This document shows, one piece after another, positions 50,601 through 63,112 of a stretch of 64,000 nucleotides of DNA. The notes under the pieces are model-generated. The model saw only the letters and a list, made by a program, of their open reading frames with translations, ran no database searches and was not told where the DNA came from. The stretch is from Acanthaster planci. Lineage: Eukaryota. Positions within the stretch are counted from its first letter, which is position 1, and every line of letters starts with the position of its first letter. The stretch is from positions 3,888,934 to 3,952,933 of the forward strand of contig NW_019091356.1 in NCBI RefSeq assembly GCF_001949145.1, read 5' to 3'. The position numbers and the translations under genes are program-made.

Positions 50601-52992
50601 TTTCGCATGACGTAACATGACGGGCAAAGGCATTTCAGGAAGCATACCATGTCCGTGGAGGCACATGTATTTCAAATCTGTGTATTTCTATCGGTATTTT
50701 TGTACACGAGACTGTTGAGAGACTTCCAAGGCGCCTACGTTCGAATGCCGACCGTCAAAAATCACGTGACTGAAAATCCTTTATACCCAGGCTCCGCTGC
50801 TATCCTCATGGTTTCATTACTAGCCTACACACTGTGCTAAGCAGGACTACAAACTCTGTAAGCACAAATGTGGTCCTAAGCACAAAGGAAAAACCCTCCA
50901 CTGCAGTGAAGTATAAGATGGCGCAAAACAGCCCTTGACATCGTCCCATGTTTTGCTTTGAACCCTCCAGAATAATCCAAAAGCCACCACTATTTAGGTC
51001 ATTGTAAAAGTGGGTGGGTTCTACCTTCCTGAATCCTGCAAAATCCTCCAAAACCTCTTGATGGATTTTGAAGGATAGGGGACGGTTTAAGGCAGATGCT
51101 GGCCAATTTGTTCAGAACCTCAATGCTGACAAACCAGACATGACTTTCCCCACATTAACAAAATGGCTCAAGAGTCACAATGCCAAAAAAGAAAAAAAAA
51201 GAAATTGGGGACGCGAGGCAGATTTGAGCTTGTTGACAGACCTTCAATTTTCATAACAGGCTCCTCGCCTGTTTTAAGATTTTCCACTGCAAGTAAACTT
51301 TCTCCTGACAGCACAGAAAGCAAATGAGAAATTAAAACAAGAAAAACGTCTTTTTATCACTGAAATACAGACTAATTTAGGCCAGTGAAAAATGATCGCA
51401 ATATCTGTACTTACTGCGAAAACGTAATGGACGGCATTTGTAGTTGAAACTAGCAAAGATTTGGGGATCAGTGTTAACACTGACACATTAGTCAAGGCTG
51501 CATTACCACATGAGCATTGCGTGTAAATCAATTTAGGCCTCACTGTTCCCAAGCAAATTATATCATCTGTCGTTAGCTGCAAGTGTTACTCCATTTGCTA
51601 CATTCAAATGAGCCAGTTGAAACCGGGAACCTCAACAGCCAAGCAGTTGCCCCATCTTAACAAACAGGCAGAGGTAAGTTGACAATATCATGTGGATGAT
51701 GTGGCCCATGTCTGTCACTTTATTCATACAATCTCTTTGATGTCATTAAGCACTTATCACGGGCCAAGCTCTACTCTCAGTGTGGAGGTTTTGTTTTGAT
51801 AACCTTTGGTGGCAGCAGTCAAGCCAGTCTGACCATGTGCAAAGGTCGGCAACTGGTCAGACATCTTACCGTTTTCCTCCAGATACTGAGACAGCCTGTT
51901 GACCAGCTCTTGCTTGTTGCCTTTCAATGCCAACCCACGGGACGTCAACTCCTTCTTCAGCTCAGGAATCTGTTGTGGACAACAATATGCATTTGAAAAA
52001 CATCCAAGTGACACAATGGAAAGGTGTTATCACAAGACACCTGTCACTAGGCCAGTAAAGCCATTAGGCCTACGTTGGCCTATATTATCCTTGTTCCTGT
52101 TGGTAATTCAAGACTTTTTGCAATGATCCTCTTTAACCTCCGGTGATAACTCCACAAGGAGTAACGGGCCTTGAGCAGGACCAAGAGAGGGCACTTTTTC
52201 CTCAGCAAGGGAGGCTCCTTTGGTACTAACTGAGCATCGCTGGCTCACGAACGACTAGGAAATGCAAGCATTGCAGTCGCATCGTTACCAACAAAGTGAA
52301 TACTCCCGACTAATGTGGCTCTTTTCAACCGATGGGGGGGTGCACCTGCTCAAGGTGGACATGGAAGATGGTCAAATTCATTACATAATTGTCATGGTAA
52401 GACCATCATAGGTCTTGATGGGTAATTCTCTTAGCTGGAGACTCTCCAACCATGGCATGTGCATTGTGCCCTTGAATTTGTACACAAATTACAAGTTAAA
52501 ATTAACATTTTTACATTACAACGTGGAAGATATTTTTTACTGCATAAAGCAGTGCAGTGATATGTTGAACATGCTGAATATTAAAATGTGTAGTCTCAGT
52601 CTCAGGCTAGTCTCAGGACAGTAACGATTTTCCCCACTGCCCTTAACACTATTCATTCCCTTGACTCCAGAGGGCACAAAAATGACAGCCACCACTGGCC
52701 GGGCAGAGTCAAGAAACAAAACCAGTGACCTCATGCCGACCACAGAGACTTCACTACAACAAGTGCAATAGGACATATCATATCTGGTCAATATGAAATC
52801 ACACATAAAATAATGACCCAAAATCATTTATACAACTATACAGAAAAGCTAGTACGTGCATTAATCTAATGCCACAGACAGCCTAACCTAAAAAGCCATT
52901 TATAAAAGATATACAAACTATTTTTATGTAAGGATACAATTAGAAATTGATCATTTTGAACACAACTTTACCTTCAGCTTTTTCAGGTCCAT
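47626..52992 (-). CDS. SARNP: SAP domain-containing ribonucleoprotein (CIP29/Tho1 family, TREX/DDX39B partner), about 264 aa
   Basis: Exons (minus): 52992-52972, 51969-51870, 50229-50173, 50034-50009, 49495-49301, 48947-48874, 48571-48496, 48256-48185, 48026-47895, 47667-47626. N-terminal SAP domain MDLKKLKIPELKKELTSRGLALKGNKQELVNRL, an acidic linker, and five R-x-x-(R/K)-F repeats (RAQRF, RLEKF, RSERF, RKQRF, RAERF) ending KKKKRAERFGLS*. Confidence 0.9.
50591..50785. mobile_element. MITE (family copy 1; second copy at 61811-62028)
   Basis: Termini atagaggtttttcgcatgacgt ... cacgtgactgaaaatcctttata. Internal catgacgggcaaagg is shared with 61811-62028. Confidence 0.65.
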
Positions 52993-53896
52993 GGTATTTC
53001 CCGTCGGTCGATTGTGTTCATTCGACGATGGTATCCTGGCTAAATTCCTACACATTACATTAAAGTTCGCGAGTAGTAGGCTGCGTACCAACGCTATGGT
53101 ACACGCGTCAAGGAGCGCCCTCTTTTCGTGAAATTAAAGACTGCGGGCGTGGTGATCAATCAGTGGGATGGCTAGGCTTCTCTGAGAAAACTCAAACGTC
53201 CGAGTCTGTCCCTTGACGAACAGCAGCACGTAACGACAGTCAAACAATCATTTGACAACTTCTATTTATTTTGGACGTCAGAAATCAGGGCAAAAGACGC
53301 AATGGTCATGGTCAGAGAACAAACTTTATTCACACGTAATCATCAGTGACCTTTTCAAAACGAAATTAGTGCGTGCTCCACACATGACTAATCTTTAGGC
53401 CTACGTACTTATGCCACTAAAGGTTTCTCAAATATAAGCTTAGGCTGAAACGTTGACTGAACCAACTCATGGCTTGTTTTATAATGCAAGTTAATCGTAG
53501 TCTGGATTGGTACACGGTGTCTCTGATTATCTTTTCCTTGCTCCATGCTCTAATGAGCCCCGAACGGGTCCAAGAGAGGGAGCAATTTTCCAAGCAGAGG
53601 AGGCTCCTGGTGGGCACTGCACTTCACTGGTTTACGAACGATCGTTATGAAACGCACGCCTTACGGTCAGTTGCATTGCTACCAAGGTAACGAACACTCT
53701 CACCGATCTCTTTTCAAGGGGGGTGTTTCTGTCTACGATTCACGGAATGACACCAAATTGAAATATCTTCTAGCACCCTATCTATTGAGCTTTTATTCAA
53801 TTGATAATAGCAGTCCTTCAGCGAAAGGTTCAAGCAAAAAGACGATGTCATTTATATGTGTTCAGTACTCGCAGTAAATGATTTTGCTGTTTCCTG

Positions 53897-56800
53897 TTAC
53901 TTCAAGTTCTTCGCGGCTTTTTCTGCATGTTCCCTCCATTTGTACATAAAATAAATCCAGACGAACAAGACGATGATCAACAAGGTGCCAGTCGAGAACC
54001 GGCTCATCGTTGAAACTGCCTCCCTCTCTGCCCTCAGCTTGCAGTCGTCGAAGGAGCAGAAATCCCCCACTGGTGCGTTGGCAAGATTAGGAAAGAAATG
54101 AAGACCAGCCACTGCTTCCAATTCCACCAGCGGCACCTGCCATGGAGAGAGCCAAAGACGGTACAAGCAAATTTGTCGAAGGTGTGTTGTTACATGTGTA
54201 AAGAGATTGAGGGAAAAGATAAGTTACGCACGATATCTTACACATCCTTAATAGTTATGAGGACAAGACTCGAGTAGACACAAAACTGTGTAAGAGAAAC
54301 TCTAATAATGGTCTAAAACTTTTCCCGAAATTTCCCCACAACGCAGTCCCAGTCAGGGACGTATTTTCGTCGTGACTTTGAAACAATGATCAGTGTGTCC
54401 AATGGTGAAAGACTTGACTCATATGGACCGCACGTGTAAAAACAACAGTAATGGCATACCGCCAGCGATACGGGCGATTCACAATATTGCCCCTCCCGGA
54501 GTTTGTAAAGCTTTGACCAATGACAGTGCGCGAACTCTGTCGACCCAATGCGCGTTTGGAAAGAGTCGACAGATTTCGCGCACTCTTGGAGGTACACGAT
54601 TGTGAAGCGCTCGTATTGTTCAAAATGTCACAACAGCTGAATTATGTTGAGAAATAAAAGCCAGCGCTGCTCCTTGTCTTAAAACTCGAGTTGCTCCAAG
54701 CAGCACTCTATGTATAGAGGCTTTGCATGGTAGCCATCTTGCAGGGCAGTTTTTTGGTTCCACGGGGGAAAACTCCTTTATGCATGCTCTCTTTACAAAG
54801 CTTTGGCCTGCAAGATGGCAGCTATTCAAACCTTCTATTATATAATCATTGGCAAGGTAGTTCTTTCTTCACTTTCCACATCTGTGGTCCCGGGTTCAAT
54901 TCCCGGCCCGGTCCACATGTGGATCGGGTTTTCAGTCCCTACCTGACTCCGTGGGTTTTACCCAGACTATTCCTCTGGGGTTTTCTCCCACCTCTAAAAA
55001 ACTGTAATTGTTTCTTACTGTCCCCTCTTTACTGATGTCGGTGAATGTGGGTCGTTTGGCGACTGCCCAAGGCGCCCTTGTATGCCATTGGCTCAACCAT
55101 GTTTAAATGTATTCATTGTTCCATGCTTAATGTCTTCATTGTACAGCGCATTTGAACATATCTAGATGAAATTTGCGCTTTATAAATGAATAAATTATTA
55201 GTATTATTATTTAACCTTGAAAGTGATCAGAGGCGTGTCGGAGTCAATTTTCTCGTTTGGAAGTAGAAACGCTGCAGCGAAGAGAGTTGTGTTGGATTCG
55301 GTTGCATTTTCGATGATGATGACCTTGAAGAAATGAGTCGGCACAGACACGTTGCTTTCACCAATTACCTGTAAGTTATTGATTAAAACTGACAATGATC
55401 TATATATCTGATTGTAAAATACTGCAAAGATGGGGATTTTCGTTATGAAGGTGACAGACGGTGGTAATGTTTAGGATAAAGATGAAAATGGTTGACCTTT
55501 TAATTGGCAGAAAACAAACAACAAGGATAAATTGTCGGAGGTAACTTTTTTTTATTCTTTTTACTAACTTTTTTTGTATCGTTCCAAAGCCATTCGGGTC
55601 CTAGGCCTACCTCATATTTGACAAACCGACTACTCTGTGTGTCGCCCTCAGACGTTTCGGGCAGGAATAGCGGGCCAGTAATCACCCGGACCTCCTCATA
55701 CTTCTCGGCCAATTCCCGGCAATACCCCTCGAAATCACGCCAATAGTACCGATTATGCTGGCTGCTCTGAGGTACGACGTTGGTGAGAAAGAATGACTCG
55801 CACATGGCGTCCTGTTGAAAGGAGAATGGCCAATGTTGGATTTATTCATAGGACCAGCTAGACTGCGTCAAATCTGTGACTTGACTCAAGTAAAATCGTC
55901 GTCCAGACAAGTGGGGTGTTAATATCATGAATGCCGGTGACGTCATGTTGCTTGAACCCACACGTTAGTTAGTGCTTTCTACTTTTTGACCGGAACCCTT
56001 TGCAACCGTCTTGGAATCCTGATCCAAGTGGGGATAGCTATCCCTTCTTGTGGGATTTCTCGTGTCTATAATGTTCTGAATCTCCAAAATATCAATACTG
56101 CAGATGTAACATTTCCTTAATCATGCCTGAACAAAAATGAAATGACTTGAATTGACGAAAGTTACCTCTGTCGATGTCACAACCACCGACTTCAGAGTTT
56201 GTCAGTGTAGTTAGTGAAACTTTTACCTGGCTGTATTTGTGATTGGCTGCCGGAGACATGTGACCCCTGTCGTAACCGCTTTTGCTGTAGTCATCGAGGG
56301 TAGATGAGAACATATCGTCTACCCTGTCTCTGTCTGGTTTGAAGCTACACTTAGTCCTGTCGGCATCACCTTATTAACCAATCACACAAAGAAGGAGTCG
56401 GTAAGCTTCAAAACTAGGAAGCTTCCACAATCCTCATTTTGTTAAAACTTTGCACTTAATATCTGAGTGCAAACATGCATTCTTTTCATTGACAAGTTAC
56501 AATAAAAATGCAGTGTTAGGAAGCCACGTACCTTTTATGTTGTCCTTTGTTATATATTCGGCAACCCACTGTGGGATTTTCTTGGCCCGGTCGTATCCGA
56601 CCGCGTGGTTTTGATAGTTGAGGGTCTCGGGACCTCTATCTGGTACCCCGTATTTCAGGATTGGCGATGTAGATTGATATTTCTTGTCTGGAAAAAGCAA
56701 AATTATTGATCTTAACATTTTCTTTAAAAGATTTTTACAGAGTCGCTGAATTGATTAAATAACAACAATAGAGTGTATAGCATTTTGGCAGCATCGATGA

Positions 56801-57091
56801 ATTAAAGGTGATCCTATAAAAGAAAACACTTCAGTTGAAAATCTCTGCCCTTGCCTCATTGGTAGCTGTTAGACGTTTTCGTCGACTAACATTTTGCCAC
56901 ATATTTTCCAGCAGTTCGTGTTTAATCTTACCTGCAACCTTTGGCGCGATGTACCTGTACACCTCTACGGGAACAACTACGGGGTGTTTTTGATCAGCCA
57001 CCAGAACTCCCCAATACACGAAACTCAATACCAAGGATACGACAAAACCAACAGAAAAACCGCTCTTGAAACTGAACATTTCCTTGGCCAT
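53897..57091 (-). CDS. Divergent EXOG/endonuclease G-family nuclease paralog (DRGH active site; N- and C-terminal hydrophobic segments), about 350 aa, 6 exons
   Basis: Exons (minus): 57091-56932, 56687-56532, 56369-56227, 55811-55611, 55368-55216, 54136-53897; 1053 nt, open. Motifs: ILKYGVPDRG, YDRAKKIPQWVAE, DYSKSGYDRGHMSPAANHK, ESFFLTNVVPQ..HNRYYWRDFE, VITGPLFLP, VSVPTHFFK, LEAVAGLHFFPNL. Intron positions are shared with the neighbouring EXOG, plus one extra intron. Confidence 0.88.
54713..54840. mobile_element. Short palindromic MITE (family related to 58749-58886)
   Basis: Inverted termini atagaggctttgcatggtagccatcttgcagg ... cctgcaagatggcagctattcaaaccttctat. Confidence 0.6.
54870..55210 (+). 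mobile_element. 5'-degenerate tRNA-derived SINE with LINE-like 3' tail
   Basis: B box gggttcaattcccggc, central gggttttctcccacc segment, and 3' end tgtacagcgcatttgaa...gcgctttataaatgaataaattattagtattattat typical of SINE tails. Confidence 0.65.
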
Positions 57092-58027
57092 TTTGCTCTG
57101 CAGTTATGACCTTGAACCAGCAATCATAAACTCCAGGAAACTAGGAGAAACTTGCACTGAGGATACTAACACTGTAGAGAGATTGCGCCTTGTATCCGAT
57201 GTAATTCTGACCATGCAAACCTTTCAAGTTGACAAACCTTTGGTTGTAGAACAATGTGTTGCAGTTTGGATGGGTTCAAAGTATGGGATCAATTGTTCAG
57301 TCAACTTGCTTGTTTGTTTAAGTCAGGAGTTCACTGTCTGGGTCGATCAAAACTGCTAAACCAAGTTAACTTTGACATGGAAGCATAATTAAAGAGTTGC
57401 GGCAATACTAACACCGCTGATGAACCAGCCAGGCGCATCAGTCGAAAAGTTACTTCCTGGCACTTCCACTACCTTGTCACTTCATGTAGTTTGGAAGGAT
57501 TCAGTGGCGGGAATAGTTCATGTAAAATTCAAAGGACTCTCGTCGTAAGTTCGTCATTTGCTTTTCTTCCTCAAACCCAATTAAACAAAACAACGAAAAA
57601 GACCCTTTAAAACCGCTATCAAGCATGTAATTTTGTACCACTATAAAATCACATATGTAATCAGCGACTCCGGTGATCGAGTTGAATTTAATTTTTGTCG
57701 GCCGTATGAAGCTGTCTCGCATCTGTAGCTCATCTGAGACAGAGCTGTCTCAGTGAAAAAAAATTGAAACAAAACAAAACAAAACAAAAACCAAGCAAAA
57801 TGGAATAGCGCCCTCTTTCGAAAATTTAAAATATTTTCTCACATGTCACATGTCGTCTGCTCAGACAAATTGCTTTTGTTTAGTAATGCCGCGGCCCGAC
57901 CGGTAATTATACATTTCCTCTCTCCAATTATCAGTTCGGAAATCAGGATTCGATCACAGTAGAATCGACTCTAGGTTGAGAGCCATTTGAGAGCCACGAC
58001 AATTTTGTGGCGTAAGGTTGAAAAAAT

Positions 58028-61000
58028 ATGGCGGCAAGATTTTTTGGCGGTGGATTTGCTTCAGGTGCAGTGACCTCGGTTGCTTTGTACAGTCTCTATG
58101 CTTACGTGCTGAAACCCTTCAACACAGAGCCTCGACTCAAACGAACAACAAAAGAAGGTAGGGAAGGGTGTTGTCTTTCTGAAGGTGTGCTTTTAAAGTT
58201 TGTGGGTAAATTTTGTACTAATTTGAGTAACGTTTAGAAGTCCGACTTCAACTTGGAGGTTAACTTAAGAATTTTCATTGTTTTCAAAAATAACAGTGAT
58301 TATGTACTTACAGAGAGATGGGCCTCATCCCCAACCAATTGTATATTAATTTATTTTCACGAGTCACTGCCTAACATTATGCTCACTTATTTCAAAGTTA
58401 ATTCTTGACACATTTTTTCCCTTTCTCAGGCTATGAGAATAGATTTGCATCCACCACCCACATGTTGCAACGCCACCACGCCCCCAAAAACATTATGTAC
58501 AAAAATTCATTATTTGTTAGAAAATGATTCAAAATCACAGCTCTGAATTTTATGCTGTATAAAACAGCACAAGCCCGTTTATGCATTTCATCCATATTTA
58601 GCTCAGTTTTGATGGCTTTTGTATGTCCAGATAGGCCTGCCTGAGCTATTGCCGACGCACGCGTGTCGGATTGACTTCCCACGTTTTCTATGTACATTTT
58701 ACAACAGGTGTTTTTTGTTGTGATGATTTCCATTTGACCTGATTCATGAATAGGCGTTCTGCATGGCAGCCATTTTTCCGGTTAGAGCTTTTGGTCCACA
58801 GGAATACACATGAGTGGATCTTTTGTGCTATCCTTCCGCAACAAAAGCTGTGACTGGAAAGATGGCTGCCATGCAGAACCTCTATTGATGAAGGGTGGCC
58901 TACTCGTAGCTCATCCCTCAGCGAGGCTTTTGGTTGTAGTTTGACAGTATTGTGCTTAAAATGTGCCTGTACTTGGAGGTTGGAATCAATTTTAGATTAA
59001 TGAAAAATGCCATAAGGCCACATAAAAAGAATAATTCGTTTAGCATCAGCACCCGCCTCAAAAATTCTTGCCGCATGTGTTTTTAAATGTTGTCGTTTCC
59101 GATGGCCTTAGCTGTCCCACGTAGTTTCTACAATGCCCACGCAACCTCGTGCACGCACAACATGCGACTTGAGCACATTCGCCCAATGTCATGTGCACTT
59201 CTGTGCACGAGTCTGAAGTGAACATGGCGCTTTCGTTCTGTGGTTGGAGCAGTCCAGATCAGCATGCATACCAAAGTATTAAAAAAAAAATCTCCTCCCT
59301 CCTCGTTTTTTGCAAATACAACTGATCTAAACTATTTTTATTTTAAGTGGCCTAATGCTTTTTTGAAATTGTTAGGATGCAAATCTACACCTTCTATTCT
59401 CATGGCCTTAGCTTGTACCAATTAACTGGTCTTTCAGTTCCTCCTAAACTTGAAGACTCTAAAGATATCTTGAGGTATGGAGCACCAGATAGGGGCCCTG
59501 ATGTCCGTTACTACAGCAACCATGCACTCTCCTACGACCGGTCCAAGAAAACTCCACTATGGGTTGCAGAGCATATTACTCAGGCAGACTTACAAGGTAA
59601 AACTCTTGTTTATTTGCCATTATTAATATTACTGAAGTTCTCAATAAACAGGCAGGATGGAGGATTTTGCAGGATGGAGAAACTGAAGGCATATCCGAGT
59701 GACCATTGGGGTTTATGCCCGTATTAAATACATGTACTAAAAGTTGTACCTGTGCTATTGGTTTGTCTACAAAACAGTCTAAATGAATTTGTAGGAAAGA
59801 TTAGTCAGCAAAACAATGCGTAGGGAGATAGGCTCAGCCACACAGAAAACATACAAATACTAGGCTGATAAAATAATGCACAAGGGCTTGAGTAGTATGA
59901 TGCAAGGTCATATGATGTATATTCAAAGTATTTTATGAATAATAAACTACAGATATGTTTTATGTATGAGGTCATAAAAAGTGGAAGAATAGTGTTTGAA
60001 ACATGCATTGATTATGGGAGTTACAATACTGATGTACCATGCATTATTTGCTTTATATGTATATGGATTAAACTGCACACGTCACTACCCATAAGGGAAA
60101 AACCTGAATTCCATACCCTTGCTTTCGACAGGGTATACTTTTTAGAATACTATCCTGGCAAAATATATATTGATGAAACAAATTATGTCGGGAAACTGAC
60201 CAGGTGTTTACAAATGATTATAAAGATGAACAAAGAAATTGACTGGAGCGGGATTTGAACCTGTGACCTCTGGAATACCGTACCGGTTGCTCTACCAACT
60301 GAGCTATCGAGCCCTACGTCGGTGGCTCTTCCCAAAGTATATTTTGGTTAAAAAGGGGGAGATGGAGATTGTATGCGCATTAACCAGGTTCAAATTGGAC
60401 TGGACCTGGTGTTGTCTAAATCCAAGTTGTCTTTGTGGGTAGGCTTAGTTCAGTCTTCAGTAGGCTAACAGCCAGCAGTGCTGATCTTCAGTGCGAAGGA
60501 AACATCCCCGAATTAGTACTATCAGCCCGTATATATATTTATATATATATGCTAGTCTTTACTGACAGGATTGCCAGCCCAAAAATCTACCACTTGAAAC
60601 CAGAAGGATTATTCTCATGGTGAGTGGGAGTTCTATGAAGTTTATGTTATGTGTTGAATAACTGTTTAGGAAGGGTTTAAGCAGAAAATGTTCAATTTTT
60701 TTTTAAGGTTTAAAACCAAAAATGTACATCATCTGTCTTAGGCAAATTTAGATGTTGTGTTAGCACCCTTAACATTAGTTAATTCTCAGGTGTATGGTGA
60801 AAGTATGCATAGTTTAAGAACTTGTGCCCTGAAAAAGAACATTGTTGCTGGCTCAAACATATAGGACTAGGTTTTAGAAATTTAGTTGGGTGTTTTTAGT
60901 ATTACAATGCAGCGTAAAGTAATCATGCTTTAATATTTGTTTTAAGAGTAAGAGTATCTATCAGACTCATCCATGGTAATATAATTGATCATTCATATTA

Positions 61001-62972
61001 ATGCTTAAACTGTTTTTAAGTATCTGCAGGTGGTCGTTCATATTAATCTAGATTGATCCAAGATGTAGGTTTTTTATTATTTCTCCAGGCCCTGCCCATC
61101 GCAAGCACAGCAACTTTGTGATGGACCCAAACATCCAGGCACCATTCGCATCACAGAATAGCGACTACAAGAGGAGTGGATGGTCCAGGGGTCACATGGC
61201 ACCTGCTGGAGACAATAAGTACAGCCAGGTAGGACTGTTATTGAAAGTTATGGGCTGTTACTTTCAACGAGGGACCAATAGACCTCTATCATGAGGCAGC
61301 CATCTTGCTTTTCAATCTGTCAAAGCAGTGTAACCCAACTGAGGCTGGAAGGGAAAAGTGTCTGTTCCCTTTCATCAATATGAGAAATTGTATAGCTTTT
61401 GCCAGTAGGTCTACTGGGAATAAGACATACATGGTAGCATCATGAAAATGGAAGCCACTGCCTAGTGGCTGTCGCCGTTTCACATTGATGTATATTACTT
61501 GCAGTCCCAGCTGGTTGATATGGACGTAGCCTTTGGCTGCTTTTGATGATGTGGCTAGGGCTGAAAAAAGCAAAGGTATCTATGGAAAGCACTTTCTAGC
61601 AGCTAGTGCCACTTCCCATAGACTTGTGTGTTTCTCCCAGCTTTTATTTTTAGGGAAATTGTAAGTAGATAGATGAAGGAATTTTTGTCATGAGTGAACC
61701 TGAGTGATGTACGTTTCAACAATTTTTACTCCACTTGCCTTTGTGAAATATTAGATAGCTTGAAGCTTGACTTTATGTGCTATAAAAAGTGCCTTCTCTT
61801 GTCTCTTGTAATAGAGGTATTTCACGTGACGTCACATGACGGGCAAAGGTAGTCTAGGAAACTTTCCAAGTCTGCAGCGGCATGTCCGTTTTGAATATGA
61901 GTCTTTATGTTGGTAGTTTCATGTATGCCAGAATGCTGACCGACTTCGAAGGCGCGCACATTTCCGAGAACATCCGTGTAAATTAAATGCTGACCATTAA
62001 AAATCATTTGACTGAAAAACCTCTATACGTCATTCAAGGAGTGTATGATTTCAAACGGCACAGTGAGAAGTACAGAGTTTGGGCGGTGCAGGGAGTAAAC
62101 ACTAGTTTTTTATCTCCCAACAAAAGGCTGCCATGGATGAATCCTTCTACCTTTCCAACATCGTCCCCCAGGACGTCAACAATAACGGGAACTTCTGGCA
62201 CCGTATTGAGATCTACTGCCGCAGCCTAGCAAAGAGGTACAAGGATGTATGGGTCATAACAGGCCCCCTGGCGTTACCCACCTTAGAGGAAGGAGGCAAG
62301 AAATATGTCAAGTATGAGGTGAGGGAGGATTGGAGTTAGGCAGATTGGAGTGGGGCAAATGAAATGACAGATTCCAAAAAAAAGAAAGAAATTGCATATT
62401 CATATATTCAAAATATTTCATGAATAATTGTATGATTTGATGTTTCCTTCATTTCACCACCTCTTCACTGTGTTATTTCTCAGGTCATTGGAAAGAACAA
62501 TGTTGCCGTGCCAACGCATCTGTACAAGCTCATCACTGTCGTTCTCCCTCCAGTGGACGGCAACAAAAGTGACACTTCCAGCACTAATGAGACTGTTGCC
62601 GTTGGTGCTTTTGTTGTGCCCAATGAACCCATCCCAGTTGAACGTCACCTTAAGGACTTCCAAGTTTCCCTGGAGAACCTCACGGAAAGTGCCGGGCTGC
62701 ACTTTCTCTCCAACCTCCAGCCGAGCGTCACGGTCCGGAACCTCTGCGATGTAGACTCGTGTAAGCTGATAACACAGCAACAGCTGCAGCTGCACATCAT
62801 CGGTAGACGTCTGGAGGGTGCAACAACGTTACCAAAGCTGGAGGACAGCTGGAGACAACTTGAGGAGTGGCACCTGGAACCGGATGACAATCTCTGGCAG
62901 TTGTATCAAAGAAGGAGGGTGGAACTGGAGGAAACGTCAAAACAGAAACCTAACCGGACCGACTCGATTTGA
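58028..62972 (+). CDS. EXOG: Mitochondrial exo/endonuclease EXOG, about 369 aa, 5 coding exons
   Basis: Exons: 58028-58157, 59438-59596, 61089-61228, 62127-62318, 62484-62972; 1110 nt. N-terminus MAARFFGGGFASGAVTSVALYSLY (targeting sequence plus membrane segment). EXOG-diagnostic SGWSRGHMAPAGDNK, ESFYLSNIVPQD.NNNGNFWHRIEIYCR, VAVPTHLYK, and C-terminal NLCDVDSCKL followed by a helical wing region. Confidence 0.93.
58749..58886. mobile_element. Short palindromic MITE
   Basis: aataggcgttctgcatggcagccatttttcc ... ggaaagatggctgccatgcagaacctctatt; inverted repeats of about 30 bp. Confidence 0.7.
60222..60334 (-). mobile_element. tRNA-derived SINE-like element (copy 2)
   Basis: Near-identical to 23794-23905, including the non-tRNA flanks (aaagatgaacaaagaaattgac ... 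gccctacgtcggtggctcttccc). Confidence 0.7.
61811..62028. mobile_element. MITE (family copy 2)
   Basis: Termini atagaggtatttcacgtgacgtc ... tgactgaaaaacctctat. Homologous to 50591-50785. Confidence 0.65.
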
Positions 62973-63112
62973 GATCAAGAGCTGGAGACAACTTGAGGAG
63001 TGGCACCTGGAACCGGATGACAATCTCTGGCAGTTGTATCAAAGAAGGAGGGTGGAACTGGAGGAAACGTCAAAACAGAAACCTAACCGGACCGACTCGA
63101 TTTGAGATCAAG
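62847..63112 (+). repeat. Exact 133-bp tandem duplication spanning the EXOG C-terminus and stop codon
   Basis: 62847-62979 is repeated at 62980-63112 (agctggagacaacttgagg...gactcgatttgagatcaag). Confidence 0.9.

Noticed and set aside
58430..58530. Extra EXOG exon after a good acceptor (ctttctcag at 58429)
   Set aside because: The frame hits a stop with no convincing donor, and it is not needed for the EXOG model.
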